63,794 nt of DNA, filler included, from Octopus bimaculoides (GCF_001194135.2; 9 parts of 8 records of this genome joined end to end with filler, not necessarily neighbours in it); one strand, 5' to 3'. Numbered from the whole stretch's first letter, positions 52,111 to 63,794 are shown. Notes: generated by a model not told the origin, from the sequence alone. Made by a program: numbers and translations.

Positions 52111-55100
52111 AAATGTCATTTTATTCTAGTTTAATTTATTCATTTGTTTATTGCATCCCTGTCTCATTTCACCTCATTCAAACACACCTTTACATCTTTA
52201 AACTCCATCCTGTCAACACCTCAAATGTAAAATTCTCCCCTGAAGATGGTGGCGGTGTTATTTGATAATGAATTCAAGTAACTATCATTATTCCAGACTA
52301 CCAAGCCCTTGGAAACAGCTGTTGGACTCATAAAACTCAACCCATTAACTCATGATATCATTTATAGTCTGTATAAGTTGGATTATTTTTCATCCATACG
52401 CATGTACATTTTTTATACTAAATGTATTCAATATTCTGTGCAAATTGACTTGCCTAACTAGCTGGTCCTTACATTTACTCCTCTACCGGCTAAAGTTCAA
52501 ATCTCTTGAGCACTTCGAAGTGTATTCTATATAGAGAACACCCTCTCTAACCTATAACCTAAATACACTTTTACAATCATACATACAAATACACAGATAG
52601 GAACAATGAAGGATTAACAAACAATTAGCCTAATTAATTATGAAAAGCTTGATTTATCTCCCATCAACCGTATTTTCATAGATTTGAATTAAATTTCTGC
52701 ATAATGCCATCTTCACCACCATTTCCTTTTCAAACTGTGATAATCATATATTTCCCTACAGCAAAATACCTGTTATTATTGCCCCTCTATCATACTTTCA
52801 CCTATCATCACCTGGCAATAAAGCCACCTTCTTCAACACTACATCTTACCTCAGGTGAGGAGACTGGCAAGCTTTTTGGTGATTTTACTATTCCACGTGA
52901 AATAAAGACAAAAAAGAAAAACAAAAACCAACCAGTACACTCTATAAAGTGGTTGGCATTAAGAAAAATATCCAGTCATGGAAACCATGCTAAAGCAGAG
53001 TAGCTTGGTGCAGTTTTTTGACTTGCTAGATCCAGTCAAACCATCACGCACAAACCAGCTGGGAAAACAAACGTTAAATGATGATTTTAATCATAGTACA
53101 AGAGTTACCTTCCTTAACTCAAACTATACACCAGATGGCTAACGTTACACCAACATAAAAAGTTGTCCTGACCAATTTGAACACGATATTCCACTCACCA
53201 TCTTGCTAGATACCATCTTGCTAGATGACATCTCTCTCTCTCTCTCTCTCTGTCTATCTATCTATCTATATAGAAGAGCAAGTTGAAGAATCTGATACAT
53301 GAAATATAATGCCTGGTGAATGAAAACCACGGTGCCAGTGTTCTGATTGATCAAATTATACAGTACTGTATTTCAGGTATTGAATTATTTTTCCTTCTTT
53401 TCATCACAACATACATACACCCAAACATCTGTATTTGTGTATACACACACGTGTGCGCACGCTATATACATCTATAGCAAAAAAGGTAAAATACTACACA
53501 AAGATCAGGTAAAAAAAAATTAACACAGTATTTGGAATTAGTTTGATGCTCAGGAGATGGGGAAAAAAGGAAATATCTAGCACTTTCAATATTCGCTCTT
53601 TTTCTGAGAGACAGGACAGAGACGGAGAGAAGAGAATGGAGAAGAAAAACTGGGGACACAGACACTCACAACACACACACAAATGCGTCTTGGTTTTTAG
53701 AACATGTCCACTATAAATTTGCATAGCTGTAAAAGGCAGCTAAAAGGGTTGGCCTCAAGTCATATGACACTACCTGAAGAACTCCCATCTATTTCCATGG
53801 AGGAGCAGACGTAAAATTATATGTATATTAGTGGGGTAACAAGACTACCGATGGTTTCATGTTAAGTGGAACCTTAACAGTTATCAAACCTAACGTTGGT
53901 ACTTGAATCCAAAATGGAGACGAGAACCAATGTGTGTGTGTATGTATATATATATATATATATATAAAATGCAGGGTCTAAGTATTTAATGTTTTAGGAG
54001 ACTATAACAAAGCATTAGTTTGAATGTGCGTGTAGATTATTTTGTTAAAATATACCAACCAGTAACTAAGAGTAACGGTGAAGCCTAAAGCAAACAATGG
54101 AGCAGACTTTTAAAAGACACAGCAGTTGTATATCAAGCAGACTGGCATAAGGTTCCATTATTTAATAAGTGTACAAGTACAGTTAGCAGTGAGAGCAGAA
54201 AAGAAGAAATGAATTCCTGTAATTATCCCAAAAGCTTGATAAATGTAGTAGACAGCTTTGTTACCTAGGTAACTTAATTAGCAATGAGGGGGGGAACTAT
54301 GTAAAAGCACATCAACCAGAGTAAGCATGGTGGTTGCAAAAAGTTCAGGGAGATATTAGCTCTGTCAGCAACAAAGGAATTGTTGCTACAAATGAAGGAT
54401 AGACTGCATGAGGGAAGCGCGAATAGAAATTGCAATAATAAGAGATGGTCACTGAATATAGAGGTTAAGAAACAAGGCAATGACATGCTCTGCTGTTTAT
54501 GTAAAGTCATCATGCAGGAATGATAGAGATTTCGAGACAGAAAAAACAGGCTTCAGAGGGCTCTACCATAGAGTTCATATGAGAAAGCTATAACAACATG
54601 GCAATGATTGGAGGGAAAATATCAAACAGTGGAGCACCACCCTGATAACTCATCTCCGTTATTTTTTTCTCTTTTCAGTTACACCTGATCGTTCCAACCC
54701 ACTTTCCTAAAATCTGAGTAGCCATGTAACTCCTCTACATCAAGAAACCATTTCTGCTCTGGCCTCTACTTCTCGTTTCCTTCTGTAAAGCAATCTTCAA
54801 AGAGTGTGTAGTTTTCCAAGGTGCATGGTGACCTCACTAGTGTTGGTGACATGGAAAACACACACAGAACACAGTGTAAAGTAGTTGGCAACAGGAAGAG
54901 CATCCAGCCATAGAAGTTATGCCAAAGAAGACATTAGAGAACAATACAGTTGTTGCAGGGGGAGGAAGGATCTTGTTGAAACATCCAACCCACACCAACA
55001 TGGAACACAGATGTTTAATGATGATGACACTGATGAAAAAAGGATGAGATATGAGCCTATAGCCCTAAAACAGAACTTTAATTAATCGTAAAAGAACACT

Positions 55101-55874
55101 CTCAGAACAACATAACTAGATTCTCTGTCTACGATCCTAATTTGAATATATATTTTTTATTACAAAAAGCAGAACAGGTGAGTTACTTAGGTCTTAATTA
55201 ATGATTTTTATAAAACATTGTTTAGGAATCATCCAGGACAATTGTGTTAATAAGATTGAATCTACAGGAAGGTATATTGTTGTAATTCCAAATGAAACAC
55301 AGTAAAACTATGAAAACAGGGTGAAACTGGAGTGCATAAAAGAAAGTGTGCAGGTGAATATTAGATACAAAATTAAATAAATGAATATATTTCCGATTGA
55401 TAAATAAGGTTCAACTAGCAGGGGGTGGAAAACAAATCATGTATTTGAAGAATCATTTTAAACTAGTAAAATTCCTACTTCTTTTTTTTCTTTTGTCATA
55501 AACAAATGTGTGATATTGAATTAGTAGATAAAGTGAGTAAAAGCAGAACTGGGAAAACAGCTGAAAAGAGAGAGAGATTAATTAAATGCATTTAACTGAC
55601 AGCCAGTAAGTTGAGTAATTAGTCAAGCTAAGATAGATTAGAACCATTGCTATTTGTGAGCGGTAAAAGAACTGAGAAGAAAATGCTGCATGCTGCTTTT
55701 TCAGCCAAGCATTGGCCATGGCTAACAAAATACTTACGCTACATCTATGATACTATCTTGAGAGATATCACCAGNNNNNNNNNNNNNNNNNNNNNNNNNN
55801 NNNNNNNNNNNNNNNNNNTTAATTAATTAANNNNNNNNNNNNNNNNNNNNNNNNNNNNNNNNNNNNNNNNNNNN

Positions 55875-55918
<44 letters not shown>

Positions 55919-55923
55919 TATAT

Positions 55924-56215
55924 GTGAGGAGCAATGGCCCAGTGGTTAGGGCAGCGGACTCGTGGTCAGAGGATCGCGGTTTCGATTCCCAGACCGGGCG
56001 TTGTGTGTTTATTGAACGAAAACACCTAAAGCTCCACGAGGCTCCGGCAGGGGGTGGTAGCGACCTCTGTTGTACTCTTTCGCCCCAACTTTCTGTCACT
56101 GTTTCTTGAGTAACGCTGCGATGGACTGGTGTCCCATCCAGCTGGGGGGAACACATGCGCCATAGAAACCGGGCCCATGAGCCTGGCTAGGCTTTAAAAG
56201 GGCGCATAAATAAAT
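55924..56215 (+). mobile_element. tRNA-derived SINE family C
   Basis: gcaatggcccagtggttagggcagcggactcg...ggtttcgattcccagacc; (taaa)n tail. Confidence 0.85.
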
Positions 56216-56442
56216 AAATAAAAATATACATATACACACATGCATATACATATACATATATATGTATATGCATATATATATGTATTTATATAAATATTTA
56301 TATATGTTTATATATATATATATATATTTATATATTTATTTATATGTATATTTATTTATTTCCATATATAGATATATGTACACTTCACTCTGTATTTCGT
56401 GTCTTCTCTATAATAACTACTACTTGAATATTTTCTCATACT

Positions 56443-56490
56443 GTCTCTGATGAATGGATGTATAAAATATCCCAGAAATATCTGTAAGAC
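56443..56490 (+). ncRNA. Degenerate hammerhead motif (family 2)
   Basis: gtct-CTGATGA-atggatgtataaaatatccca-GAAAT-ATCT-GTA-agac; 56380-56660 homologous to 15535-15860. Confidence 0.5.
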
Positions 56491-56669
56491 CTGGAAAGTA
56501 CTCACAGCCTTGGATTTTTTATCTCATTCTGTTAATTTTTTGATATATATATATATATATACATGCTAATACACAATCTATGTTGGACTCCTCGTTCATA
56601 TCACTATTGAACCTGGAGCTTAACTATAGTCTGTCCATAGCACTTACTCAGTATTACCNNNNNNNNNNG

Positions 56670-57030
56670 GTTCAGTCCCAATGCGTGGCACCTTAGGCAA
56701 GTGTCTTCTACTATAGCCGCAAGCTGACCAAAGTCTTGGGAGTGGATTTGGTAGACGGAAACTGAAAGAAGCCCATTGTATATATGTATATATGTGTATG
56801 TATATATGTGTGTATGAGTGTGTGTATGTTTGTGTGTCTGTTTGTCCCTCCAGCATTGCTTGACAACCGATGCTGGTGTGTTTACGTCCCTGTAACTTAG
56901 CAGTTCAGCAAAAAAGACCAATAGAATAAGTACTAGAATAAGTACAAAGAAAAAGTCCTGGGGTTGATGTGATGAACTAAAGGCAGTGCTCCAGCATAGC
57001 CACAGTCAAATGACTGAAATAAGTAAAAGA
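56670..57030 (+). mobile_element. SINE family B copy
   Basis: Family homology with internal TG tract. Confidence 0.8.
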
Positions 57031-57034
57031 GTAT

Positions 57035-57071
<37 letters not shown>

Positions 57072-57099
57072 TAGATAGATACATACATACATACATACA

Positions 57100-57130
<31 letters not shown>

Positions 57131-57449
57131 GTACATACTTACATACATACATATATATATTGGTTTGATTTCATATGTTCACATATCAAAATTGCAATGT
57201 TGTCATTTTATTAATAAATCAATCAACCTTGGTTTTGGTTTTGTCCTAGGAGACATCTGTGAAGTTGATCCATTAAATTATAAATTACACTAAAGTATAT
57301 AAGAAAACTGAGCTAAAATAAGAAGGATAATAGATCACTGAATTCAGTTATCAGGACAATATTTACTTGAGATAACAAATTTCTGCACCTCTTCATCTTC
57401 AGCTCTAAAGTTCACTTATTATTAACTCAGCGTTCCTGTTATCTTTTCT

Positions 57450-57627
57450 TTGATTCAGTCATTAGACTGCAGTCATTCTGGGGCAAATGAATCTCTGCTA
57501 ATACTTTTTTTTTTAATCCTGGTATTCATTATATCAGTCTCTTTTGCCAAACTGCTAGATTACAGGAATATAAACACACCAACATCAGTTGTCAAGCAAT
57601 GGTGGGGGGACAAACATAGACACAAAG

Positions 57628-57702
<75 letters not shown>

Positions 57703-57830
57703 ATAGGCTTCTTTCAAATCCACTCACAAGGCTTTGGTCAGCCCGAAGCTATAGTAGAAGACACTTGCCCAAGGTGTCATGCTGTGGGTCTGAACCTGGA
57801 ACCATGTGGTTGGGAAACAAGAATCTTATC
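57450..57830 (-). mobile_element. SINE family B copy with expanded internal (CA)n
   Basis: Family homology. Confidence 0.8.
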
Positions 57831-58687
57831 ACAGATCCACAAATGCAAGTAAAGAAACACTGTCAGTGAGGTATCATCATTGCTGTTCTAGCATCAGTGC
57901 TGTTCTAGCTGTTCTACCTAGATGCCAAAAATGGAAGCAAACTGATGAGGCCATCTTTGTTTCATTCATTTATTGCTCATGGATTGACTGTTTATTGGTT
58001 CATATTCAGCAGTACTTGTCATATGTTGGGTGGAACTTGTTGTAATCAAATTTGGTAAATAATAGCTAATATAAATATTGGACTGGTGGTTGGATAGTCG
58101 GTTGGTCGGTTGGCCGGCGGGTCGGTTGGTTGGCTGGTCGGCCAGTGGGTCGGTTGGCCAGCTGGGCAGTTGGTTGGTTTGTTGGTTAATGTCTCCAATT
58201 ACACTTTACATCATATAGAGAGAAAGGTAGAGAAAGTAACGGAGAATTACAAAGAGAGTTAACACAAGAAGTACAAGATGAGTGCACATACTAGGATTGA
58301 TAGCAGGCAATGAATAAAAGAATGCAACACATACAGATAGATAGTGAGAGAGAGAAAGAACTGTAGAGGAGGAGGGAGTAGGAGAAGGAAAAGGAAAGAG
58401 AGTAAATGATAGGGTAGCTATGGGAGAAATTATAAAAAAATAAGACATTTGTTTTATTTAATTTTATTATAAAGTAATATTTTTTTCTTTTGAAAATTAG
58501 TATTCATTTCATCATTTTGTATAATCACCAAGAAAATTTTATAAAAGTTAAATTGAAAATTATGTATGCCATATTTCCTGATAATACCCATATGACATTT
58601 AACACTCTAGTAACTTATATATATGTATATGTGTGTGTGTGTGTATGTGTATATATATATATATATATATATACTACATCCCAGAAG

Positions 58688-58727
<40 letters not shown>

Positions 58728-58745
58728 TATATCCAAAAAGATATA

Positions 58746-58978
58746 CAGGTTGGTCAAAAGTGACCTGACAGTAAATCAAAACCATTTAATTCCATGATTT
58801 ATTTATGTTTAACAACTGAATGAATTTAATAAAAGCATTTGAATATGAAACATCATGAAAATTGTTCAAACTGAAGTCCTTCTTGAGTGACACATTTTTT
58901 CCATTCAAGTCAATACAGAATTACAGATAGTATTTATGTAATTTTGATTTACTGTTGGGTGACTTTTGACTAACCCTG
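58746..58978. mobile_element. Tc1/mariner-type MITE, 233 bp, TA flanks
   Basis: TIRs caggttggtcaaaagtgacctgacagtaaatcaaaa / ttttgatttactgttgggtgacttttgactaaccctg. Confidence 0.85.
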
Positions 58979-59017
<39 letters not shown>

Positions 59018-59581
59018 GGAAGAGTAGATCTCAAAGCATGGATCTCAGATTTATGCAGTAGTGATACGATGAAGTAGTTGTATGCTGTCAACTTAATGTG
59101 ACAGTCCTCTGAAGGGAATAATACTACTGTTGGTTAGACCTAGGAAACTGCACCGCTTCCTGTCAGCCTTGACACATTTCCTGTGTCCTTATGTTTACAA
59201 GGGGGAGATTTAGAAATGTATTATTTCTAAATTTGAAATCGGTGAATGTATTTCACTAGAATTATTATATGTTTAGAAGTGCTTGACAGGCATCTTCGAC
59301 TAGCAGGTCATGCTACTCCAGACTGATGATGAGCAAAGACTCAGAAACATGTCTCTGGATGCTGGCTTAGCTGGGTTGAGGTGCTTGTTTCCCCCTTGTA
59401 AACATAAGGACACACAAAATGTGTCAAGGCCGACAGGAAGCGGTGCAGCTTCCTAGATCTAACCAACAGTAGTATTATTCCCCTCAGGGGACTGTCGCAT
59501 TAAGTTGACAGCATGCAACTACTTAATATTTGCATGCTATTATTTACAGCTTTATGCATGTGCTTTGAGAGCCACTGTTCC
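59018..59581. mobile_element. 564-bp inverted-repeat element with central hammerhead
   Basis: 135-bp core arms 59072-59206 / 59390-59524 (~9 mismatches counted by eye), weaker outer arms to 59018/59581. Confidence 0.85.
59317..59359 (+). ncRNA. Minimal type-I hammerhead ribozyme, intact core
   Basis: tccaga-CTGATGA-TGAG caaaga CTCA-GAAAC-AT-GTC-tctgga: 6-bp stem I, 4-bp stem II, palindromic ACAUGU stem III, GUC site. Confidence 0.85.
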
Positions 59582-59629
59582 AAAAAAGAATTATTTTCAC
59601 ATTCTCTCCAACTTTGTAAAGATTTTTAT

Positions 59630-60040
59630 GGTGCAGGAGTAGCTGTGTGATAAGTAGTTTGCTTACCAACTACATGGTTCTGGGTTCAGTCCCACTAGGT
59701 GGCACCTTGGGCAAATGTCTTCTACTATAGCCTCAGGCTGACCAAAGCCTTGTGAGTGGATTTGTTAGACGGAAACTGAAAGCAGTCCGTCGTATATATA
59801 TGTGTATATATATATATATATGTGTGTGCCTGTTTGTATGTCTGTGTTTGTCCCCCCAAACATCGCTTGACAACCGATGCTGGTGTGTTTACGTCCCTGT
59901 AACTTAGCGGTTCGGCTAAAGAGACCGATAGAATAAGTACTAGGCTTACAAAGAATAAGTCCTGGGGTCGATTAGCTCGACTAAAAGGTGGTGCATGGCC
60001 ACAGTCAAATGACTGAAACAAGTAAAAAAGTAAAAGAGTA
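59630..60040 (+). mobile_element. Full-length SINE family B
   Basis: Head to tail with internal TA/TG tract. Confidence 0.88.
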
Positions 60041-60313
60041 AAGAGTATATATATATAAAATTATTATTTATATTGATAGGGTGATAAATTGAATATTAAT
60101 TCAATTTAAAACTAAGTGGCCAAGCATATAAAAAATCTGAAAATTCAGAAAAAAATTGTATTACACGTGTATAAGGAATGACCACTAGGTGGACATCCAA
60201 TATGCTAGAAAGAGGTCATCAACGACCCAACCACAAAGAAAAATAATGTTCTCCAGAAAAATTTCGCAAAACGCCAGAACAGGACAAAATGAGAAATATA
60301 CAGAAAAAGAATT

Positions 60314-60385
60314 ATCTATGGACTACAGTTTCGAACCTTAACGTTATACTTACGTAATAACATCCGTGTGCACATCAGCATAGAC
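60314..60385 (-). ncRNA. Slightly decayed type-I hammerhead motif
   Basis: Minus: gtctatg-CTGATGT-...atgttat/ataacgt...-GAAAC-TGTA-GTC-catagat. Confidence 0.55.
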
Positions 60386-60654
60386 GTTCTAGAATCAATA
60401 TAATTTGCAGAACTATACACGAATTGTCTTCATGAAACAAGACTTGCATATAGTTCTACCGATTACATTGGGGCTACTTTTCAAAATGCCTCAGCTCACG
60501 GCGCGCAAAATTCAGGAAACAATTCTGCAGAGAATAATTCACTGCAGTATATGTTGCCGGTTGGNNNNNNNNNNAATCACATGACTGAAACAAATAAAAG
60601 AATAAAAAAATATCAACAATATATATATAGAAATATGTATAACTGTATGTTGTA

Positions 60655-60770
60655 GATATGCATGTATGTATGTGTGTATGTATGTATGTGTGTATGTATG
60701 TATGTATGTATAGGTAGGTAGGTAGGTAGGTAGGTAGGTAGGTAGGTAGGTAGGCAGGCAGATAGACAGG
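60655..60770. repeat. (TATG)n/(TAGG)n microsatellite
   Basis: Visible array. Confidence 0.9.
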
Positions 60771-61038
60771 CAGATCATCATCATTTTGCTGGCTACTCCA
60801 TACTTGCATTAATCAAATAAACTCTGAAGTTGAATTGAGAATAGTTAGCAAGGGTTTTTTCTTCCTTTGCCACAATTGTTCTCAAAATTAATAGTACCAT
60901 GAGAATAGAATGATGAATCTACAATGCACTGTTATTATTAATTGGTTTCAATTTCTCAAAACATTCATTCTGCAGATTCACACTAATTGACATAGTACAT
61001 TTTTATCCATGCATTACTTAGTCCATGTATATATATAA

Positions 61039-61316
61039 CCAGTTAAATGAAAAGAAGAAAATGGAGATAGGAATTGAATAATTATTTATTATTAACAAAT
61101 TGGTCATCTTTACTTCTTACAGCTGTTTCAATTAATACTCAATAATTTACAAACTTATGCTCATGCCACACAAATGCAAATTTAATGCACAAATTTGTAG
61201 TTAGATCACTGAGTATTAATTGAAAAGGCTGTAAGAAGTAAAGATGACCTATTTGTTGTTAATAATAAACAATTATTGATTTCTTACTCTCCATTTTCTT
61301 TTCTTCATTTAACCGG
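61039..61316. mobile_element. Foldback element, ~105-bp arms
   Basis: 61039-61141 inverted versus 61210-61316. Confidence 0.85.
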
Positions 61317-62021
61317 ATATAAACTATATGCTTAATATATACCTATTGTTTTAAGGGAATTTCATTCCCCAATAATACTAGGTATTGAACCATATATATA
61401 TATATATATATATATAGGTATGTATTTTTCATTCCCGTCGAAGTTTTATCCCTAAATAGTGGTTTGGAATTTAACTGTTCTTTCTAGGGCGAAAGGAATC
61501 CTATGATGGATGCCTCTTATGTGTTTAAATGTACGCTGTATTTATATGAATACTATATAGTCTATTGACTAAATTTTACACACTAGGCCACTGGTAGTAG
61601 AAATTTCTAATATTTCTCATTACCCTTGATATTGTTAATTATACATATGTATGTATGTATGTGTATATATATATGTTTGTCTCCTGTCCAAGCTTGATTT
61701 ACACATTCACCACCACAACCTCGTTTAAGCTTAGCAGCCCTTCCTGTTTGCTTTCACTGTCCAATTTTTGTTACCAATTTTGCACCTCTGCAAAATCCCA
61801 AATTTTATTTAATTTGCTTTGCAGGAGCAACTGTTTTATTGAAAGCATGGCTTGTTGTGAAATGCTTGAAATACGAGAGTAGAAAAGCAGCCAGCAACTG
61901 ATGAAGGGTCATTCTTTATGTTGTTTGTCTTGTTTTCCATATGTGTATATGTATTTTTTGTTGTACATGTTTCATAACATCCTGTGCCCACATATGCACA
62001 CACACACACACACACACACAT

Positions 62022-62052
<31 letters not shown>

Positions 62053-62343
62053 AATATATATNNNNNNNNNNNNNNNNNNNNNNNNNNNNNNNNNNNNNNN
62101 NNNNNTTAATTAATTAANNNNNNNNNNNNNNNNNNNNNNNNNNNNNNNNNNNNNNNNNNNNAACCTATTTGTATATGCTCCACAAGGGAAAACAAGGAAC
62201 ATAGTTTACAATGAAGTGTTATAATCACAACAGCAAGAAAGTATGTACATGATCACCTTCTTTTACGAAACTTCATTGACTTTCATATATTTATATTGAT
62301 ATACATATATATACGTGTGTTTGGGTGCGTGTGTGTATATACA

Positions 62344-62434
62344 TCTCTATATATAAAGATGATGCGTAGTCTAGACGGCGTTTTTAGATTTCATTATTTT
62401 CTTTAACCCGGGCAACGCCGGGTATTTCTGCTAG
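62344..62434 (+). mobile_element. 91-bp mini-Helitron-like element
   Basis: A|TCTCTATATATAAAG 5' end; CCCGG-gcaacg-CCGGG hairpin shortly before CTAG|T 3' end; no TSD. Confidence 0.7.
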
Positions 62435-62540
62435 TATATATATATATATATATTGTTTCGAATTTGTGTGAATGTGTATAGAATAATATATCAGTTGAAT
62501 AAAGTTAAAGCATAGTTTGGTGTTCACATTTTTTATAATG

Positions 62541-63746
62541 GTATTTTAACAAAATTACCGCTTTCATACATAATGTATTCATCAGATTTCGAATTGTTTA
62601 ACTGACAGTTGAGTTCTCGACAACTTTAGTACCACGTAGAAAGCTCCAACCAAATGAATTTTTTGGAATACCTTTTTGATCAATCCGCATGCTCTTAACA
62701 TCACGGTTTGCCAAGCGTACCGATATTCAGCAATTTGTTTATGTTTATTAATCCACATCATTATTAACTGGTTGTTATATTATTGTTGTTATTTCCATTC
62801 AGAACAGGTTTGAACATTTTAATAAAACGTTTTTCTTTTATCTTTCTTCAAACCTCACTTGTGCCATGTAGTTTGTGGAAAGGAAAAATTAGAAACATTT
62901 TCTGACCACACGTCTGTATATGTTTGCTCATTAGTGTTCTGAATTTGTTGTCTGTGGACTTGTTAGTGTTCTGATAATGCATTTCCTGTATCACCAATAT
63001 ATGGATCCTCGCAGTTAGGGCATTTAATGCAGTAGATCAAATTTCTGCTTTTACAGTTCATATCTGCATTTGTGAAAATCTGTCCATTTTTAAATCTAAT
63101 GGATCTACCAGTATGCATGTTTTGACACGTTCCACATCTATTATCATTACACTTGGATACTATGAATGTTTTATCTTGTCTGTTCATGTTGAACTTTGCC
63201 TTTGTTAATAGTTTCTTTAGGTTATGTTGATGCCTTTTGCTTAGGATAAGTGTTTGATTAGTTATTATGTTTTTTTACTTGTTTGCTATTTTCTATAAGT
63301 AGGAGAGGGTAATTTTGCTTGAACAGAAATCCTTTGAGTTCTATAAGTCGTAAGCTCCTGGTATTTGGATCATCTGCTATAGTACAGATTTTCCTGGCTA
63401 GACAGTACAGGATGTTGCGTTTTGTGCCTGTTGGGTGACATGATTTGAAATTTAGGTACTGGTGTGTATCTGTGCTTTTGTAATAAATTTCAGTTGTGAT
63501 TGTGGTGTTGTTTTTAATTACCATTAGGTAAAGAAATGGTAATAAACAAGTAGGAGAATATCGCTACGCCTGGCAAACCATGATGTTTAAGAGCATGCGG
63601 ATTGAACAAAAAGGTATTCCAAACAATTCAGCTGGTTGGAACGTTCTAAGAGGTACTAAAGTTGTCAAGAACTCAACTGTCAGTTAGACACATTCGAAAT
63701 CTGAAGAGTATACTATGTAATGAATGCACTAATTTTGTTAAAATAC
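62541..63746 (-). mobile_element. 5'-truncated Penelope-like element (RT thumb + GIY-YIG) with inverted pseudo-LTRs
   Basis: IYYKSTDTHQYLNFKSCHP; KCNDNRCGTC; NLIYCIKCPNCEDPYIGDTG; ~200-bp inverted arms 62541-62742 / 63543-63746. Confidence 0.88.
62550..62591 (-). ncRNA. Type-I hammerhead motif at PLE 3' end
   Basis: Minus: cgaaat-CTGATGA-ataca tta tgtat-GAAAG-CG-GTA-attttg. Confidence 0.65.
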
Positions 63747-63753
63747 TATCATA

Positions 63754-63754
<1 letters not shown>

Positions 63755-63794
<40 letters not shown>
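63755..63794. repeat. (CA)n microsatellite
   Basis: Visible array. Confidence 0.95.

Noticed and set aside
54660-54720. Strong acceptor-like tttttttctcttttcag
   Set aside because: All three frames hit a stop within ~40 nt and no matching donor is evident.

Overview
AT-rich, gap-ridden animal genomic scaffold (many N runs; TTAATTAATTAA spacers inside gaps are assembly artefacts). Microsatellite load and SINE families point to a coleoid cephalopod, probably Octopus (inference, unverified). No host protein-coding exon can be supported. The window is a mosaic of microsatellites, four recurrent SINE-like families, decayed Tc1/mariner elements, MITEs/foldbacks, a mini-Helitron and non-LTR remnants of five clades (Penelope-like, RTE, CR1, Tx1, R4/Dong-type). 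The main signal not explained by the ORF track is about a dozen minimal type-I hammerhead ribozyme (HHR) motifs (stem I-CUGAnGA-stem II-GAAAC-palindromic stem III-GUH). These include a near-perfect HHR in the spacer of a 564-bp inverted-repeat element (59018-59581), a tandem pair of long-stem-II HHRs bracketing ~556 nt (16607-17271), HHR-tipped inverted repeats around a Penelope GIY-YIG fragment (62541-63746), and a foldback carrying two HHR 3' halves (61039-61316). CpG appears depleted from ~44.8 to 62 kb, suggesting a methylated gene body. All alignments and folds were done by eye.
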